Of a DNA stretch of 64,000 bases, positions 9,258-19,363 are shown piece after piece. The position numbers and the translations under genes are program-made. Below the pieces are notes generated by a model. It searched no databases. It was not told the origin of the DNA and saw only the letters and a program-made list of their open reading frames with translations. Positions within the stretch are counted from its first letter, which is position 1, and each line of letters begins with the position of its first letter. Source of the DNA: an uncultured Stakelama sp. (GTDB lineage: Bacteria > Pseudomonadota > Alphaproteobacteria > Sphingomonadales > Sphingomonadaceae); assembly GCA_964449575.1 (NCBI GenBank), contig CAYUYZ010000001.1:111944-175943 (forward strand), read 5' to 3'.

Positions 9258-10547
9258 ATGGCAAATGTCGCGGTAATCGGCGCCCAATGGGGCGATGAGG
9301 GCAAGGGCAAGATCGTTGATTGGCTCGCCGAGCGCGCCGATGTCGTCGTGCGGTTTCAGGGCGGGCATAATGCTGGCCATACGCTCGTCGTCGGCGACAA
9401 GGTCTATAAGCTGTCGCTGCTGCCGTCGGGCATCGTGCGCGGCACGCCGAGCGTGATCGGCAATGGCGTGGTGCTCGATCCGTGGCATCTGCGCGATGAA
9501 GTCGCCAAGCTGCGCGGGCAGGGGGTGGAAATTACCCCCGACACGCTGATGATTGCCGATAACTGCGCGCTGATCCTGCCGTTCCACCGCGATCTCGATG
9601 CGCTGCGCGAGGATGCGTCCGGTGCAGGCAAGATCGGTACGACGCGGCGCGGCATTGGTCCGGCTTATGAGGATAAGGTAGGCCGCCGCGCGATCCGCGT
9701 GTGCGATTTGGCGCATCTCGATGACCTCGGGCCGCAGCTCGACCGGCTGACGGCGCACCACGACGCCTTGCGCGCCGGGTTTGGCGAGCCGCCCGTCGAC
9801 CGCGCCGCGCTGATCGAACAGCTTCGCGAGATCGCCGGTTTCGTGCTGCCGTTCGTGCGGCCGGTGTGGCGCGACCTCAACGCGGCGCGCGCGGCGGGCA
9901 AGCGCATTCTGTTCGAAGGCGCGCAGGGCGTGCTGCTCGACGTCGACCACGGCACGTATCCGTTCGTCACCTCGTCGAACACGATCGCGGGCACGGCGTC
10001 GGGCGGGTCGGGGCTGGGGCCGAGTGCGGTCGGTTTCGTGCTGGGGATCGCCAAGGCCTATACGACCCGCGTCGGATCAGGCCCGTTCCCGACCGAGCTC
10101 GAGGATGACATCGGCGAGCGGCTCGGCACGCGCGGGCATGAATTCGGCACGGTGACGGGGCGCAAGCGGCGCTGCGGCTGGTTCGACGCCGTGTTGGTGC
10201 GCCAATCGGCGGCGGTCAGCGGCATCACCGGCATCGCGCTGACCAAGCTCGACGTGCTCGACGGGTTCGGTGAGGTGAAGATCTGCACCGGCTATCGGCT
10301 GGGAGAGCGCGTGCTCGATTATTTCCCGGCGCATGCCGCGGAGCAGGCGGCGGTCGAGCCGATCTATGAGACGTTGCCGGGCTGGCATGAAACCACCGCG
10401 GGTGCGCGGAGTTGGGCCGATCTGCCGGCGGCCGCGATCAAATACATCAAGCGCGTCGAGGAACTGATCCGCTGCCCGGTCGCGCTGGTCTCGACCAGCC
10501 CCGAGCGCGAGGACACAATCCTGGTCCGCGATCCGTTCGCGGACTGA
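9258..10547 (+). CDS. purA: adenylosuccinate synthase
   Basis: 429-aa ORF beginning [21 protein letters not shown], the canonical PurA N-terminus. Confidence 0.97.
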   Translation: MANVAVIGAQWGDEGKGKIVDWLAERADVVVRFQGGHNAGHTLVVGDKVYKLSLLPSGIVRGTPSVIGNGVVLDPWHLRDEVAKLRGQGVEITPDTLMIADNCALILPFHRDLDALREDASGAGKIGTTRRGIGPAYEDKVGRRAIRVCDLAHLDDLGPQLDRLTAHHDALRAGFGEPPVDRAALIEQLREIAGFVLPFVRPVWRDLNAARAAGKRILFEGAQGVLLDVDHGTYPFVTSSNTIAGTASGGSGLGPSAVGFVLGIAKAYTTRVGSGPFPTELEDDIGERLGTRGHEFGTVTGRKRRCGWFDAVLVRQSAAVSGITGIALTKLDVLDGFGEVKICTGYRLGERVLDYFPAHAAEQAAVEPIYETLPGWHETTAGARSWADLPAAAIKYIKRVEELIRCPVALVSTSPEREDTILVRDPFAD

Positions 10548-11615
10548 TCAGCCGCACTGGCCGCGGTGGCGGAGCTTGTGATCGGCGAGCACGAGCGCGA
10601 CCATTGCTTCGACCACGGGCGTGCCGCGAATGCCGACGCAGGGGTCGTGGCGGCCTTTGGTCATGATCTCGGTCGCGTCACCGTCGCGGGTGATCGTTTC
10701 GACCGGGGTCAGGATCGAGCTCGTCGGCTTGAAAGCAACGCGGAGCCGGATTGGCTGGCCGGTCGAAATGCCGCCCGCGATGCCGCCTGCGTGATTGGCG
10801 AGGAACTCGGGGCCGTCGGCGCCGGGACGCATCGCGTCGGCATTGTCCTCGCCCCGCAGCGCCGCCGCGCCGAAGCCGTCGCCGATCTCGACGCCCTTGA
10901 CCGCGTTGATGCTCATGCACGCGCTCGCCAGATCGGCGTCGAGCTTGGCATAAAGCGGCGCCCCCCAGCCGGCGGGCACGCCAACCGCCTCGCAGGCGAT
11001 CACCGCGCCGAGCGACGACCCGGCCTTGCGCGCGTCATCGACCAGCTTTTCCCAGCGAAGCGCGGCCCTGGCGTCGGGGCAGAAGAACGGATTGGCGTCA
11101 ATCTCGTCGCCGTCGAAATTGGCGGGGTCGATGGCGTCGCCGCCGATTGCCTCGACCCAGGCGCGGATGCTGACTTCGGGGATGACGAGCCGCGCGACCG
11201 CACCCGCCGCCACCCGCATCGCGGTTTCGCGCGCGGATGATCGCCCGCCACCGCGATAGTCGCGAAAGCCGTATTTGGCGTCATAGGCATAATCGGCATG
11301 GCCGGGGCGATAGGCCTTGGCGACGTCCGAATAATCCTTCGATCGTTGGTCGACATTGTCGATGATGAGGCTGATCGGCGTGCCGGTGGTGCGCCCCTCA
11401 AACACGCCCGAGAGGATTCGCACGACATCGGGTTCCTGCCGCTGCGTGGTGAAGCGGCTGGTGCCGGGGCGGCGCTTGTCGAGGAAGGGCTGGATATCGG
11501 CTTCGGTGAGGGGGATTCCCGGCGGGCAGCCATCGACGACCGCGCCAATCGCGGGGCCGTGGCTCTCACCCCAGCTGGTGAAGCGGAACAGATGGCCGAA
11601 GCTGTTGTGGCTCAT
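10548..11615 (-). CDS. aroC: chorismate synthase
   Basis: 355-aa ORF beginning [20 protein letters not shown]. It is convergent with purA with zero spacing. Confidence 0.97.
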   Translation of the reverse strand: MSHNSFGHLFRFTSWGESHGPAIGAVVDGCPPGIPLTEADIQPFLDKRRPGTSRFTTQRQEPDVVRILSGVFEGRTTGTPISLIIDNVDQRSKDYSDVAKAYRPGHADYAYDAKYGFRDYRGGGRSSARETAMRVAAGAVARLVIPEVSIRAWVEAIGGDAIDPANFDGDEIDANPFFCPDARAALRWEKLVDDARKAGSSLGAVIACEAVGVPAGWGAPLYAKLDADLASACMSINAVKGVEIGDGFGAAALRGEDNADAMRPGADGPEFLANHAGGIAGGISTGQPIRLRVAFKPTSSILTPVETITRDGDATEIMTKGRHDPCVGIRGTPVVEAMVALVLADHKLRHRGQCG

Positions 11616-11619
11616 AAGT

Positions 11620-11901
11620 TCATTTCACGCCGAGGTGACGGTGCAGCGCCAAATAAAGGTTGTTGATCAGCATCGCAGCGAGGATAGGGCTAACAAGGCC
11701 TAACAAGATGCGCGTTGCGCTGTCAGGCGACAAGAATGCCAGCCATATCGTCAGTAACGAAATCGCCATGAAACCCCAAATTCTGAACCCTTCGATAGCT
11801 GCAAGAGCCCAGCTCTTCAGTCGAAACCATTCTAGTGCGACAAATACCAAGGCCATAACAGCCGCGCCGAGTTGACCCCAACCAAGCTCCATTGCACTCA
11901 T
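11620..11901 (-). CDS. small hypothetical membrane protein
   Basis: 93 aa with about three hydrophobic helices. Its ATG overlaps the fabI stop (ATGA), and it ends 4 nt before the aroC start. G+C is lower than the flanks. Confidence 0.55.
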   Translation of the reverse strand: MSAMELGWGQLGAAVMALVFVALEWFRLKSWALAAIEGFRIWGFMAISLLTIWLAFLSPDSATRILLGLVSPILAAMLINNLYLALHRHLGVK

Positions 11902-12701
11902 CCGAGCGTAATATCCGGCGCGTCCTCCGCCTTCATGCCGATGACGTTGTAGCCCGCATCGACGTGATGCGTCTCACCCGTCACGCCGCTCGACAAGTCG
12001 CTGAGCAGGTAGAGCCCCGCGCCGCCGACATCCTCGATCGTCACGTTGCGCTTCAGCGGCGAATTATATTCGTTCCACTTAAGGATCAGCCGGAAATCGC
12101 CGATGCCGCTTGCCGCGAGCGTCTTGATCGGCCCCGCCGAGATCGCATTCACCCGGATGTTGTGACGCCCCAGATCGACCGCGAGATATTGCACGCTGGT
12201 CTCGAGCGCGGCCTTGGCGACGCCCATCACATTGTAATGCGGGATCACTTTTTCGGCGCCATAATAGCTGAGCGTCAGCAGCGCCCCGCCATTGGGCATC
12301 ATCGCCGACGCGCGCTTGGCGACGGCGACGAACGAATAGACGCTGATGTTCATCGTCATCAGGAAATTGTCGAGGCTGGTGTCGACATAGCCGCCGCGCA
12401 GCTCGTTCTTGTCCGAAAAGCCGATCGCGTGGACGACGAAGTCGATCGTCGGCCATTCGACCGCCAGCGCGGCGAAGGTCGTGTCGAGCGCGGCCATGTC
12501 CGACACGTCGCAGTCGAACAGCCGCGCGACACCAAGCTGCTCGGCGAGCGGGCGCACGCGCTTTTCCATCGCCTCGCCCTGATAGCTGAAAGCGAGTTCG
12601 GCCCCGGCCTCGCTCAATTTCTTGGCAATCCCCCAGGCCAGCGAGCGATCATTGGCGAGCCCCATGATCAGCCCGCGCTTTCCGTGCATCAAATTCGTCA
12701 C
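11898..12701 (-). CDS. fabI: enoyl-[acyl-carrier-protein] reductase (NADH)
   Basis: 267-aa ORF beginning GKRGLIMGLANDRSLAWGIAK. SDR fold with Tyr and Lys active-site spacing. Confidence 0.95.
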   Translation of the reverse strand: MTNLMHGKRGLIMGLANDRSLAWGIAKKLSEAGAELAFSYQGEAMEKRVRPLAEQLGVARLFDCDVSDMAALDTTFAALAVEWPTIDFVVHAIGFSDKNELRGGYVDTSLDNFLMTMNISVYSFVAVAKRASAMMPNGGALLTLSYYGAEKVIPHYNVMGVAKAALETSVQYLAVDLGRHNIRVNAISAGPIKTLAASGIGDFRLILKWNEYNSPLKRNVTIEDVGGAGLYLLSDLSSGVTGETHHVDAGYNVIGMKAEDAPDITLG

Positions 12702-13573
12702 GCTTGTTGCGCCTCCGCATCGTTGTCGTCGCTTCCTACTCCCTGTTCATCGGCTTCCGCCAGTGCCGCGTTCAATTGCGCACCAACAACAAGGCCCAAG
12801 CCCACCAGAAAAAAGAAGATCAGCGCAATCATCACGCCCGCCAGACTGCCATAAGTCAGGTCGTAGCTGGCGAAGCTGGCGAGCAAGGTCGGCAGCAGCG
12901 CGGTGACGCTGAGCCACCAGACCGCCGTGAAGACGGCGCCCGGCCATTTCGGCGCGCGGCTGTCGCGATATTGCGGCGGGGTGAGCGAGTAGAACAGCAT
13001 GTAGAGCGCGCCGAACAGCGCCGCAGCCGGTGCCAATCGCGAGACCGACACAATCGTCGCGGCGTTTTTGGCAAAGGGCATTGCGCGGACGATGAATTGC
13101 TCGGCCGCGACCAACGTTACCTGAAAGCTGAACGCAACGAGCGCGAGCAGCAGCGAGGCAAGCACCAGCACGATCGACCACAAACGATAGTGCCAAAAGG
13201 GGCGTACCGATTTGACGCCGTATGCGCGGCGCAGGATGTCGCGGATTGTCTCGACGAAGCTCGCCGTGGTCCACAGCCCGACGGCGGCGCCGAACCAGAG
13301 CAGCGATCCTGACCTTGCGGCGAGCACATCGGCGATCGGCGTTTGCAGCACCATTGCGACTTGCGGCGGCACGTTACGCAGGAAGACGTCGACGGTGCGC
13401 AGGCCCTCATCTGTGCGCCCGAACAGTCGCGCGACGGCAGCCGCCACGATGAAGAAGGGGAAGAGCGCGACCAGCGACAGATAGGCGAGATTGCCCGCGT
13501 GGATGAAGCCGTCGCTGAACACGCCGACGAGCACGCGGCGGACGACTTCGCGGACATAGCTGCCCGGCGCCAT
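12698..13573 (-). CDS. YihY/BrkB (virulence factor BrkB) family membrane protein
   Basis: The start is taken at MAPGSYVREV (13573). Membrane helices follow GNLAYLSLVALFPFF. The longer ORF N-terminus has no support. Confidence 0.8.
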   Translation of the reverse strand: MAPGSYVREVVRRVLVGVFSDGFIHAGNLAYLSLVALFPFFIVAAAVARLFGRTDEGLRTVDVFLRNVPPQVAMVLQTPIADVLAARSGSLLWFGAAVGLWTTASFVETIRDILRRAYGVKSVRPFWHYRLWSIVLVLASLLLALVAFSFQVTLVAAEQFIVRAMPFAKNAATIVSVSRLAPAAALFGALYMLFYSLTPPQYRDSRAPKWPGAVFTAVWWLSVTALLPTLLASFASYDLTYGSLAGVMIALIFFFLVGLGLVVGAQLNAALAEADEQGVGSDDNDAEAQQA

Positions 13574-13667
13574 GAATGCGACGCGGCTGTTGAGCGTCAG
13601 GCCTTCGCCCGGGTGGCGGCGGCGCGCCTCGGGCGAAGTGGGGGAAAAATCCTTCACTGGGGTTCGA

Positions 13668-14600
13668 TCAGATGTCGAACTTGCCGCGCGGATTGCTTTT
13701 GTCGCGGCCGGGCCAGTTCTGGACGAATTCGACCAGGGCATCATCGCCCACCGGCAGATCGACCATCAAGGTCACCAGCTGATCGCCGCGCACCCCGGTC
13801 TTGCCATGGAACCCGCGCCCTTTGAGCCGCAGCACCTTGCCCGAGCTCGATCCGGCCGGGATCGTCAGCATCACCGCGCCCGACACCGTCGGCACGCGCA
13901 CGCTCGCGCCGAGCACGGCTTCGCTCAGGCTGACCGGCAGGTCGAGCCGGACATCATCGCCGTCGCGCGTGAAGAAGCGGTGCGGGTGAATGTCGATGGT
14001 GACGATCGCGTCGCCGGGGCCGCCGGGGCCGGGATCGCCCTTGCCCGACAGCCGCATCTGCGTGCCGGTCTCGACACCCGCAGGCAGCTTCAGGTCGATC
14101 GTCTTGCCATCGGCGAGCGTGATGCGCTGCGGATTGAGGCAGGCGGCGTCCGCGAACGGCACCGCCAGGCGATACGGGCGGTTGGCGCCCTTGGGCTGCG
14201 GCCCGCGCCGCCCGAAACCACCCGAGAAGCCGCCGCCAGCCTTGCGCCCGCCGAACAGTCCTTCGAAGATATCGCTGAAATCGCCGCTGTCGCCGCCTGC
14301 ATCAAAGCTGCCCGGCCCCGGCGAAAAGCCGCTGTTGTTCGGCGTCGGCCCCTGACGAAAGCCGAAGCCCGCCGGATTGCCATCGCCGTCGATCTCGCCG
14401 CGATCGAACCGCGCGCGCTTGTCCTTGTCGGACAGCAGATCATAGGCATTGGTGACGCGCGAAAACCGTTCCGTCGCCTTCGGATTATCCTTGTTGCGGT
14501 CGGGGTGCAGTTCCTTGGCGAGCTTGCGATACGCCTTTTTGATGTCGGCTTCGCTCGCGCCGCGCGCCACGCCCAGAATTTGATACGGATCGGCCATCAT
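13668..14600 (-). CDS. DnaJ-domain protein, CbpA-like (J domain plus C-terminal substrate domains, no zinc finger)
   Basis: The product starts [36 protein letters not shown] with a canonical HPD. It has a G/F-rich linker and a DnaJ C-terminal domain. The rest of the 531-aa ORF upstream is a shadow extension. Confidence 0.85.
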   Translation of the reverse strand: MMADPYQILGVARGASEADIKKAYRKLAKELHPDRNKDNPKATERFSRVTNAYDLLSDKDKRARFDRGEIDGDGNPAGFGFRQGPTPNNSGFSPGPGSFDAGGDSGDFSDIFEGLFGGRKAGGGFSGGFGRRGPQPKGANRPYRLAVPFADAACLNPQRITLADGKTIDLKLPAGVETGTQMRLSGKGDPGPGGPGDAIVTIDIHPHRFFTRDGDDVRLDLPVSLSEAVLGASVRVPTVSGAVMLTIPAGSSSGKVLRLKGRGFHGKTGVRGDQLVTLMVDLPVGDDALVEFVQNWPGRDKSNPRGKFDI

Positions 14601-14747
14601 GCTCCCGTCGCTTGATTGGCGCCTATTTGGGCGATCACACGGCCAAGCGCAAATGCTGCGGGCAAATTCTTGGACGCGCACCCTGACCCCGACCCTGAAC
14701 CTGCGCCGAGGGTGACGCATGCCTGCCAAGCCGCTAGAGCGCGCGGC

Positions 14748-15323
14748 ATGACCGATCCCTTTGCCCTGTTCGATGCCTGGTACGCCGAAGCGCGCGCCAG
14801 CGAGATCAACGATTCGAATGCGATGGCGCTCGCGACCAGCGATGCCGACGGGCGGCTGGGGCTGCGCATGGTGCTGCTGAAAGGGCATGGGCCCGACGGT
14901 TTCGTTTTCTATACCAATCAGGAAGGCCGCAAGGCTGCCGATCTGGCCGCCAATCCTCAGGCCGCGTTGCTGTTCCACTGGAAGTCGCTGCGGCGCCAGA
15001 TCCGTATCGAAGGGCCGGTATCGACGGTGAGCGAGGCCGAGGCCGATGCCTATTTCGCGACGCGCAGCCGGGATTCGCGGCTCGGGGCGTGGGCGAGCGA
15101 TCAGTCGCGGCCGCTCGACAGCCGCGCGACCTTCGAAGCGCGCTTCGCCGACATGCAGGCGCGGTTCGAGGGCGGCGACGTGCCGCGCCCGCCGCATTGG
15201 TCGGGCTATCGCGTGACGCCCACGGCAATCGAATTCTGGCAGGACCGCGAGCACCGGCTGCACGAACGGCGGCTGTTCACCCGCGACCGTGACGGCTGGG
15301 CCGAGGGGCTGCTGTATCCGTGA
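14748..15323 (+). CDS. pdxH: pyridoxamine 5'-phosphate oxidase
   Basis: The product starts [15 protein letters not shown] and ends [17 protein letters not shown]...LYP, the PdxH signature. Confidence 0.9.
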   Translation: MTDPFALFDAWYAEARASEINDSNAMALATSDADGRLGLRMVLLKGHGPDGFVFYTNQEGRKAADLAANPQAALLFHWKSLRRQIRIEGPVSTVSEAEADAYFATRSRDSRLGAWASDQSRPLDSRATFEARFADMQARFEGGDVPRPPHWSGYRVTPTAIEFWQDREHRLHERRLFTRDRDGWAEGLLYP

Positions 15324-16294
15324 CCATCGGCAACCATCATGATGATCGCGCGACGCTCGCCGCCGAGATGGGGACGATCACCCAGCGCGCGGCGATCGCG
15401 AGCGTGGCCACTGCCACGCTGCTGTTGGGGGTGAAGGGGTTCGCCGCGTTCCATACCGGATCGGTGGCGATGCTGGCGTCGCTCGCCGATAGTGGCCTTG
15501 ATCTGGTCGCGTCGCTGATGACCTTGTTCGGCGTGCGGCTGGCGGCGCAACCCGCCGATCACGACCACCGCTTTGGCCACGGCAAGGCGGAGGCGCTGGT
15601 GGCGCTGGTGCAGGTCGCGCTGATCGCTGCGTCGGCCTTTGCGATTTGCTGGCGTGCGATCGGGCAATTGGCCGGCGCGCAGCCGATTGAGGACATCGGC
15701 TTTGGCATCGGTGCGTCGGTCGTGGCGATGGTCGCGACGGCGATGCTGATCACCTATCAGCGTCACGTCATCGCGCGCACCGGATCGGTCGCGATCAAGA
15801 CCGATCATATGCATTACCAGTCCGATCTGGTGATCAATGCCGCCGTCGTGGTCGCGCTGGTGATGGAACAGCAATTGGGGCTGAAGGGTGCTGATGCGCT
15901 GTTCGGCATCGGCATCGCGATCTGGCTGCTGTGGGGCGCGTGGCGCGGATCGAGCGAGGCGATCAACCAGTTGATGGACAAGGAGTGGCCCGAACCGAAG
16001 CGCCGCCGCTTTGTCGAAGTCGCGAGCCGCCATCCCGAGCTGAAAGGGCTGCACGATCTGCGCACGCGCACCAGTGGCGCGACCGATTTCGTCCAGTTCC
16101 ACATGTGGATGGACCCGAATATGACGGTGGCCGAGGCGCATGATGTGGTCGAGGATATCGAGCGGCGGCTGGCGGCTGAATTTCCCGGCACTGAAATCCT
16201 GATCCACATCGATCCCGAGGGGCAAGTCGATCACCCCGGCAACCCGCTGGTTGAGGCGGACGAAATCGCCAAGCTTAAGGGAAGTCCCGCATGA
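15320..16294 (+). CDS. cation diffusion facilitator family transporter
   Basis: The GTG start overlaps the pdxH stop (GTGA). It has six TM helices, [11 protein letters not shown], and a C-terminal cytoplasmic domain. Confidence 0.85.
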   Translation: MTIGNHHDDRATLAAEMGTITQRAAIASVATATLLLGVKGFAAFHTGSVAMLASLADSGLDLVASLMTLFGVRLAAQPADHDHRFGHGKAEALVALVQVALIAASAFAICWRAIGQLAGAQPIEDIGFGIGASVVAMVATAMLITYQRHVIARTGSVAIKTDHMHYQSDLVINAAVVVALVMEQQLGLKGADALFGIGIAIWLLWGAWRGSSEAINQLMDKEWPEPKRRRFVEVASRHPELKGLHDLRTRTSGATDFVQFHMWMDPNMTVAEAHDVVEDIERRLAAEFPGTEILIHIDPEGQVDHPGNPLVEADEIAKLKGSPA

Positions 16295-17088
16295 TGCGCC
16301 TGCCGATCGTCCAGATCGATGCCTTTGCCGACCGGCCGTTCACCGGCAATCCGGCGGCGGTGATGCCGCTCGACGCGTGGCTCGACGACGCTGTGCTGCA
16401 AGCCATCGCGCTGGAGAATAACCTGAGCGAGACCGCGTTTCTGGTGAAGGATGCGAGCGGCGCCGCCGATTATGAGCTGCGCTGGTTTACCCCCGCAGCC
16501 GAAGTGGTGCTGTGCGGCCATGCGACGCTCGCGAGCGGGCATTATCTGCTCGAAGCCGACCCGGCGCTGGCGCGGGTGACGTTTCGCACGCGGCGGGCGG
16601 GCATGCTGTCGGTCGCGCGGGCGGGGGCGGGCTATGAGCTAGGCTTGCCGGCGTGGGTGCCGGTGCCCAAGCCGCTGCCGGAAATCGTCGCCGCGCTGGG
16701 GATCGAGGCTGAGTTTTCGACGCTTTGGCATGAGTCCGGCTATCCGCTGATCGTCGTTGATCGCGCGGCCGTGGTGCGGGAATTGGCGCCCGATCTGGGC
16801 GCGCTGGCCAAGCTTGGTCCGCTGGTCGCGATCGTCACCGCGCCGGGGGACGACAGCGACGTGATCAGCCGCGTGTTCACGCCCTTCTACGACATTCCCG
16901 AAGACCCGGTGACGGGCTCCGCCCATGCGGTGCTGACGCCCTATTGGGCCGACCGGTTGGGGCGCGACAGCTTCACGGCGTTCCAGGCATCGAAGCGCGG
17001 CGGGCGACTGACGTGTCGGCTCGACGGCGACCGGGTGGTGCTGGGCGGGCGCTGCGTGACGGTGATCGAGGGGATTTTCTTGCTGTAG
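16291..17088 (+). CDS. PhzF family isomerase
   Basis: 265-aa ORF with VDAFADRPFTGNPAAV, NLSETAF and CGHATLA motifs. Confidence 0.85.
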   Translation: MMRLPIVQIDAFADRPFTGNPAAVMPLDAWLDDAVLQAIALENNLSETAFLVKDASGAADYELRWFTPAAEVVLCGHATLASGHYLLEADPALARVTFRTRRAGMLSVARAGAGYELGLPAWVPVPKPLPEIVAALGIEAEFSTLWHESGYPLIVVDRAAVVRELAPDLGALAKLGPLVAIVTAPGDDSDVISRVFTPFYDIPEDPVTGSAHAVLTPYWADRLGRDSFTAFQASKRGGRLTCRLDGDRVVLGGRCVTVIEGIFLL

Positions 17089-17112
17089 AGGGTGGTCACC
17101 TCGTCTTCTCGA

Positions 17113-17484
17113 TCACGCGCCGAAGTGACGAAAGCGCCTCCGCCCGCGCCCTGATCGATACCCTCCCGACCGCGCATGACGCCGCATGGGTTCGCAGGCG
17201 ACACCATCGTTATCGCCATCCATCTCTGCCCGATATCCTGGTTCGCCCCGGTAGATCGGCGCCGTGCCCGCCGCGCGCGCTTCATCGCACCCGCCCCAAA
17301 AGTCGCCCGAACGCGGCTCGCGCTGTCGTTTCAAGCCGGTCGCGATTGCAACGTCATTCCCCCGCGCGGCGACCGCAGCAAGGCCCTGCGGTGTAACCAC
17401 GAGCGAGCCAATCCCCAGAATGGTGCCCAGCGCCGCGCCACCGATCAGGATGGACGTCGCTGACAGCGTATGCAAATTGCCCAT
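17113..17484 (-). CDS. excalibur calcium-binding domain protein
   Basis: 123 aa with an N-terminal TM/signal segment and a DGDNDGVACE motif. Confidence 0.6.
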   Translation of the reverse strand: MGNLHTLSATSILIGGAALGTILGIGSLVVTPQGLAAVAARGNDVAIATGLKRQREPRSGDFWGGCDEARAAGTAPIYRGEPGYRAEMDGDNDGVACEPMRRHARSGGYRSGRGRRRFRHFGA

Positions 17485-17574
17485 ATGCCAGTGATACTAG
17501 CACTCGGTAAACGACTCGTATTCGTGAGGTTCGTGCGTTGACGAGCCGCTGATTTAATTCGCTCGATCGGGACG

Positions 17575-18186
17575 TCACGCCCCCGTCGCAAACGCCCCGC
17601 GCACCTTGCCCACGGCATCGCGGTAGGGCGCCCGGATCGCATCGATGTCAGCCGCATAATCGCCGGTCGGGTGGAAAACGCCCGCGATGCGGATCGTGCG
17701 GGTGCCATAGTCGAGCACGGTCAGAATGATCGGCACCTCCGCCTGAACGGCGATATGGTAGAAGCCGGTTTTCCATTCACGCGTCAGGCTGCGCGTGCCT
17801 TCGGGCGGGATGGCGAGGATCATCGTGTCGGCGGCGGCAAAGGCATCGGCCATCACGCGCACCACATCATTGCTCGCGGCGCGGTCGATCGGCACGCAGC
17901 CGAGCCATAGCATCACCCGCCCGAACGGCCCGGTGGTGAGGCTCTTCTTGCCCATCCAGCGCAGGCTCACCCGGAAATAGCCGGCCGCCGCGAGCATATT
18001 GAGCCCGTCCCAGTTCGAGGTGTGGGGTGCTGCGACCAGCACGGCCTTGGCGAGCGGCGGCCAATCGCCGCGCATCTTCCAGCCGCCGAGCCGTAGAAAC
18101 ATGACGCACAGCCAGCGCAGCATTTCGCCGCCGATCCCGCGATAGGGACCGGGCCGGCCGCTGCGCGCCGTGGTTACGTCATCCAT
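17575..18186 (-). CDS. 1-acyl-sn-glycerol-3-phosphate acyltransferase family protein
   Basis: 203 aa. AAPHTSNWDG is the HX4D acyltransferase motif, and PEGTRS is motif III. Confidence 0.75.
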   Translation of the reverse strand: MDDVTTARSGRPGPYRGIGGEMLRWLCVMFLRLGGWKMRGDWPPLAKAVLVAAPHTSNWDGLNMLAAAGYFRVSLRWMGKKSLTTGPFGRVMLWLGCVPIDRAASNDVVRVMADAFAAADTMILAIPPEGTRSLTREWKTGFYHIAVQAEVPIILTVLDYGTRTIRIAGVFHPTGDYAADIDAIRAPYRDAVGKVRGAFATGA

Positions 18187-18340
18187 GCATCCGATCCCCC
18201 TTTATCGGCGCGAGCCTAGCATCAATCGGGGGCGGCGCATCGACTCATTACGGGGATGCATCGGCGCGGCGTGCGGCAAACGCTCAATCAAGGGGGGAGA
18301 GATGCGGCCTCAGCCGACACGGCGCGCGCGAACGCCGCGC

Positions 18341-18374
18341 AATAAAATGGGGGCCGGCATTGCTGCCAGCCCCC
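18341..18374 (-). terminator. intrinsic terminator (minus strand)
   Basis: The minus strand reads GGGGGCUGGCA-GCAA-UGCCGGCCCCC followed by AUUUUAUU. The stem has a single mismatch and a GNRA loop. The plus-strand reading has no U-tract. Confidence 0.55.
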
Positions 18375-18790
18375 TGTCGCCGGACTTCGGCACCGCGACT
18401 TCCATGGCTTTCGCCGCTTGCTCGCGCCACCTGGTTTCGGCGGCATGCACGGCCCCACCGCGGGGGGCGTTAGGCCGCACGTGACCGCTCCCGTTCGATC
18501 GGCCGGAGATGACTTCCAAGGCTTGCGCCTCTTCCCTCATCCGCCGGTTGGTCAGCCGTGAACGATCGGCATGTTTTCCGCACCGAAGCGCTTCCCTCAT
18601 GCCTTGGACGCCGGTTCTTCCTTTCCCGATTCGCCCCGTCGCAAGCGACGTTGCTCATCCTTCAGTCCGATCGACTTCCCGCCTGGATCCTTGCGCGGTT
18701 TGCTAAAAGCCACCTGCGCCGGTTTTCCCGACCTAAGCTGCTGGTCTTTCAGTGGTTTCCCGCCTGTCCGACCCGCTGCCTACAAATGAA
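18341..18790 (-). ncRNA. candidate structured sRNA or leader, GGGAA-rich (family unknown)
   Basis: An ~800-nt gene-free gap. Six GGGAA motifs occur on the minus strand between 18532 and 18761. There are two similar nested hairpin modules (18501-18547, 18569-18603) and a terminator at the 3' end. The 5' end is not defined. Confidence 0.3.
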
Positions 18791-18840
18791 TGGTGTCACC
18801 GAATCCGAGTCGCACCAAGCGCAATCACGCGCGGCGAGCC

Positions 18841-18858
18841 TGTGGATAATGTGGATAT
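18841..18858. promoter_or_regulatory. two adjacent DnaA-box-like 9-mers
   Basis: TGTGGATAA (the perfect complement of TTATCCACA) is directly followed by TGTGGATAT (one mismatch). Confidence 0.4.
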
Positions 18859-18939
18859 CGTGGAGCGAATCGGAACGCGCCTTGCGGCGACGCGTTGCTT
18901 CGATGCGACCTAAATGGCGCCTTGTTGTTTCAGGTTCAT

Positions 18940-18965
18940 GAAACTGCCCGCATAAATTGCGCGTT
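18940..18965 (+). promoter_or_regulatory. EcfG-type (general stress sigma) promoter-like element
   Basis: GAAAC-N17-CGTT lies 36 nt upstream of the ATG at 19001. The consensus recalled from memory is GGAAC-N16/17-CGTT. Confidence 0.35.
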
Positions 18966-19000
18966 ACGGCCCCATTCTCAACCTGAAGCAGGAGCTTGCA

Positions 19001-19309
19001 ATGCGTAATCTACTGATGGTGATCGCTGCCGCCGGACTGATCGTGCCGCCCGCCGCGATGAGCTTTCCGACCAAGGCCGAAGCGAAAGAGAAGAAGCATC
19101 GCGCCTATACCTATCGCCGGGGTGGCCGCACCTATTGTCGCCATTCGGACGGCACCACCGGGCTGATCGTGGGTGGCGTCGGCGGTGCCGTGGTCGGCAA
19201 TTCGGTCGACAATGGCGGGCTGCTGGGGACAGCGCTTGGCGCGGTTGGCGGGGCGCTCGCCGGGCGCGCGGTCGACCGTACGCTGACCGCCAATAAACGC
19301 TGCCGCTAA
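19001..19309 (+). CDS. glycine-zipper 2TM domain protein (17-kDa surface-antigen-like)
   Basis: 102 aa with a signal peptide and GLIVGGVGGAVVGNSVDNGGLLGTALGAVGGALAG. It is a paralog of the C-terminus of the next gene. Confidence 0.75.
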   Translation: MRNLLMVIAAAGLIVPPAAMSFPTKAEAKEKKHRAYTYRRGGRTYCRHSDGTTGLIVGGVGGAVVGNSVDNGGLLGTALGAVGGALAGRAVDRTLTANKRCR

Positions 19310-19332
19310 GCGCTGCCGCCAAGCTGTCGCGG

Positions 19333-19363
19333 GCGTGAACCCGTTGTTGTTTCGGGTTCACGC
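19333..19363 (+). terminator. 11-bp perfect hairpin after the glycine-zipper gene
   Basis: GCGTGAACCCG-ttgttgttt-CGGGTTCACGC lies 24 nt after the stop. There is no U-tract. Confidence 0.4.

Noticed and set aside
10545-10550. purA and aroC stop codons abut as the palindrome TGATCA with zero spacer
   Set aside because: It is real but is probably just compact convergent gene packing, and no hairpin or other signal is associated with it.
18660-18790. Resemblance to ZTP (GGGTCGGACAGGCGGGAAACCAC) or cobalamin (AGGGAA, CCACTG) riboswitch cores
   Set aside because: Only fragments match. The order and spacing of the conserved elements and the 3' pseudoknot partner are not in the right arrangement. 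The downstream acyltransferase gene does not fit either regulon. The region is kept only as an unclassified RNA candidate.
18841-18858. Chromosomal replication origin
   Set aside because: There are only two DnaA boxes, no cluster of further boxes, no AT-rich unwinding element nearby, and no typical origin-flanking genes in the window.
18186-19000. tmRNA, RNase P RNA, SRP RNA or 6S RNA in the long spacer
   Set aside because: I could not find the GAGGAAAGTCCGGGC core of RNase P, a T-arm with CCA end and tag ORF for tmRNA, or the SRP domain IV motif on either strand.
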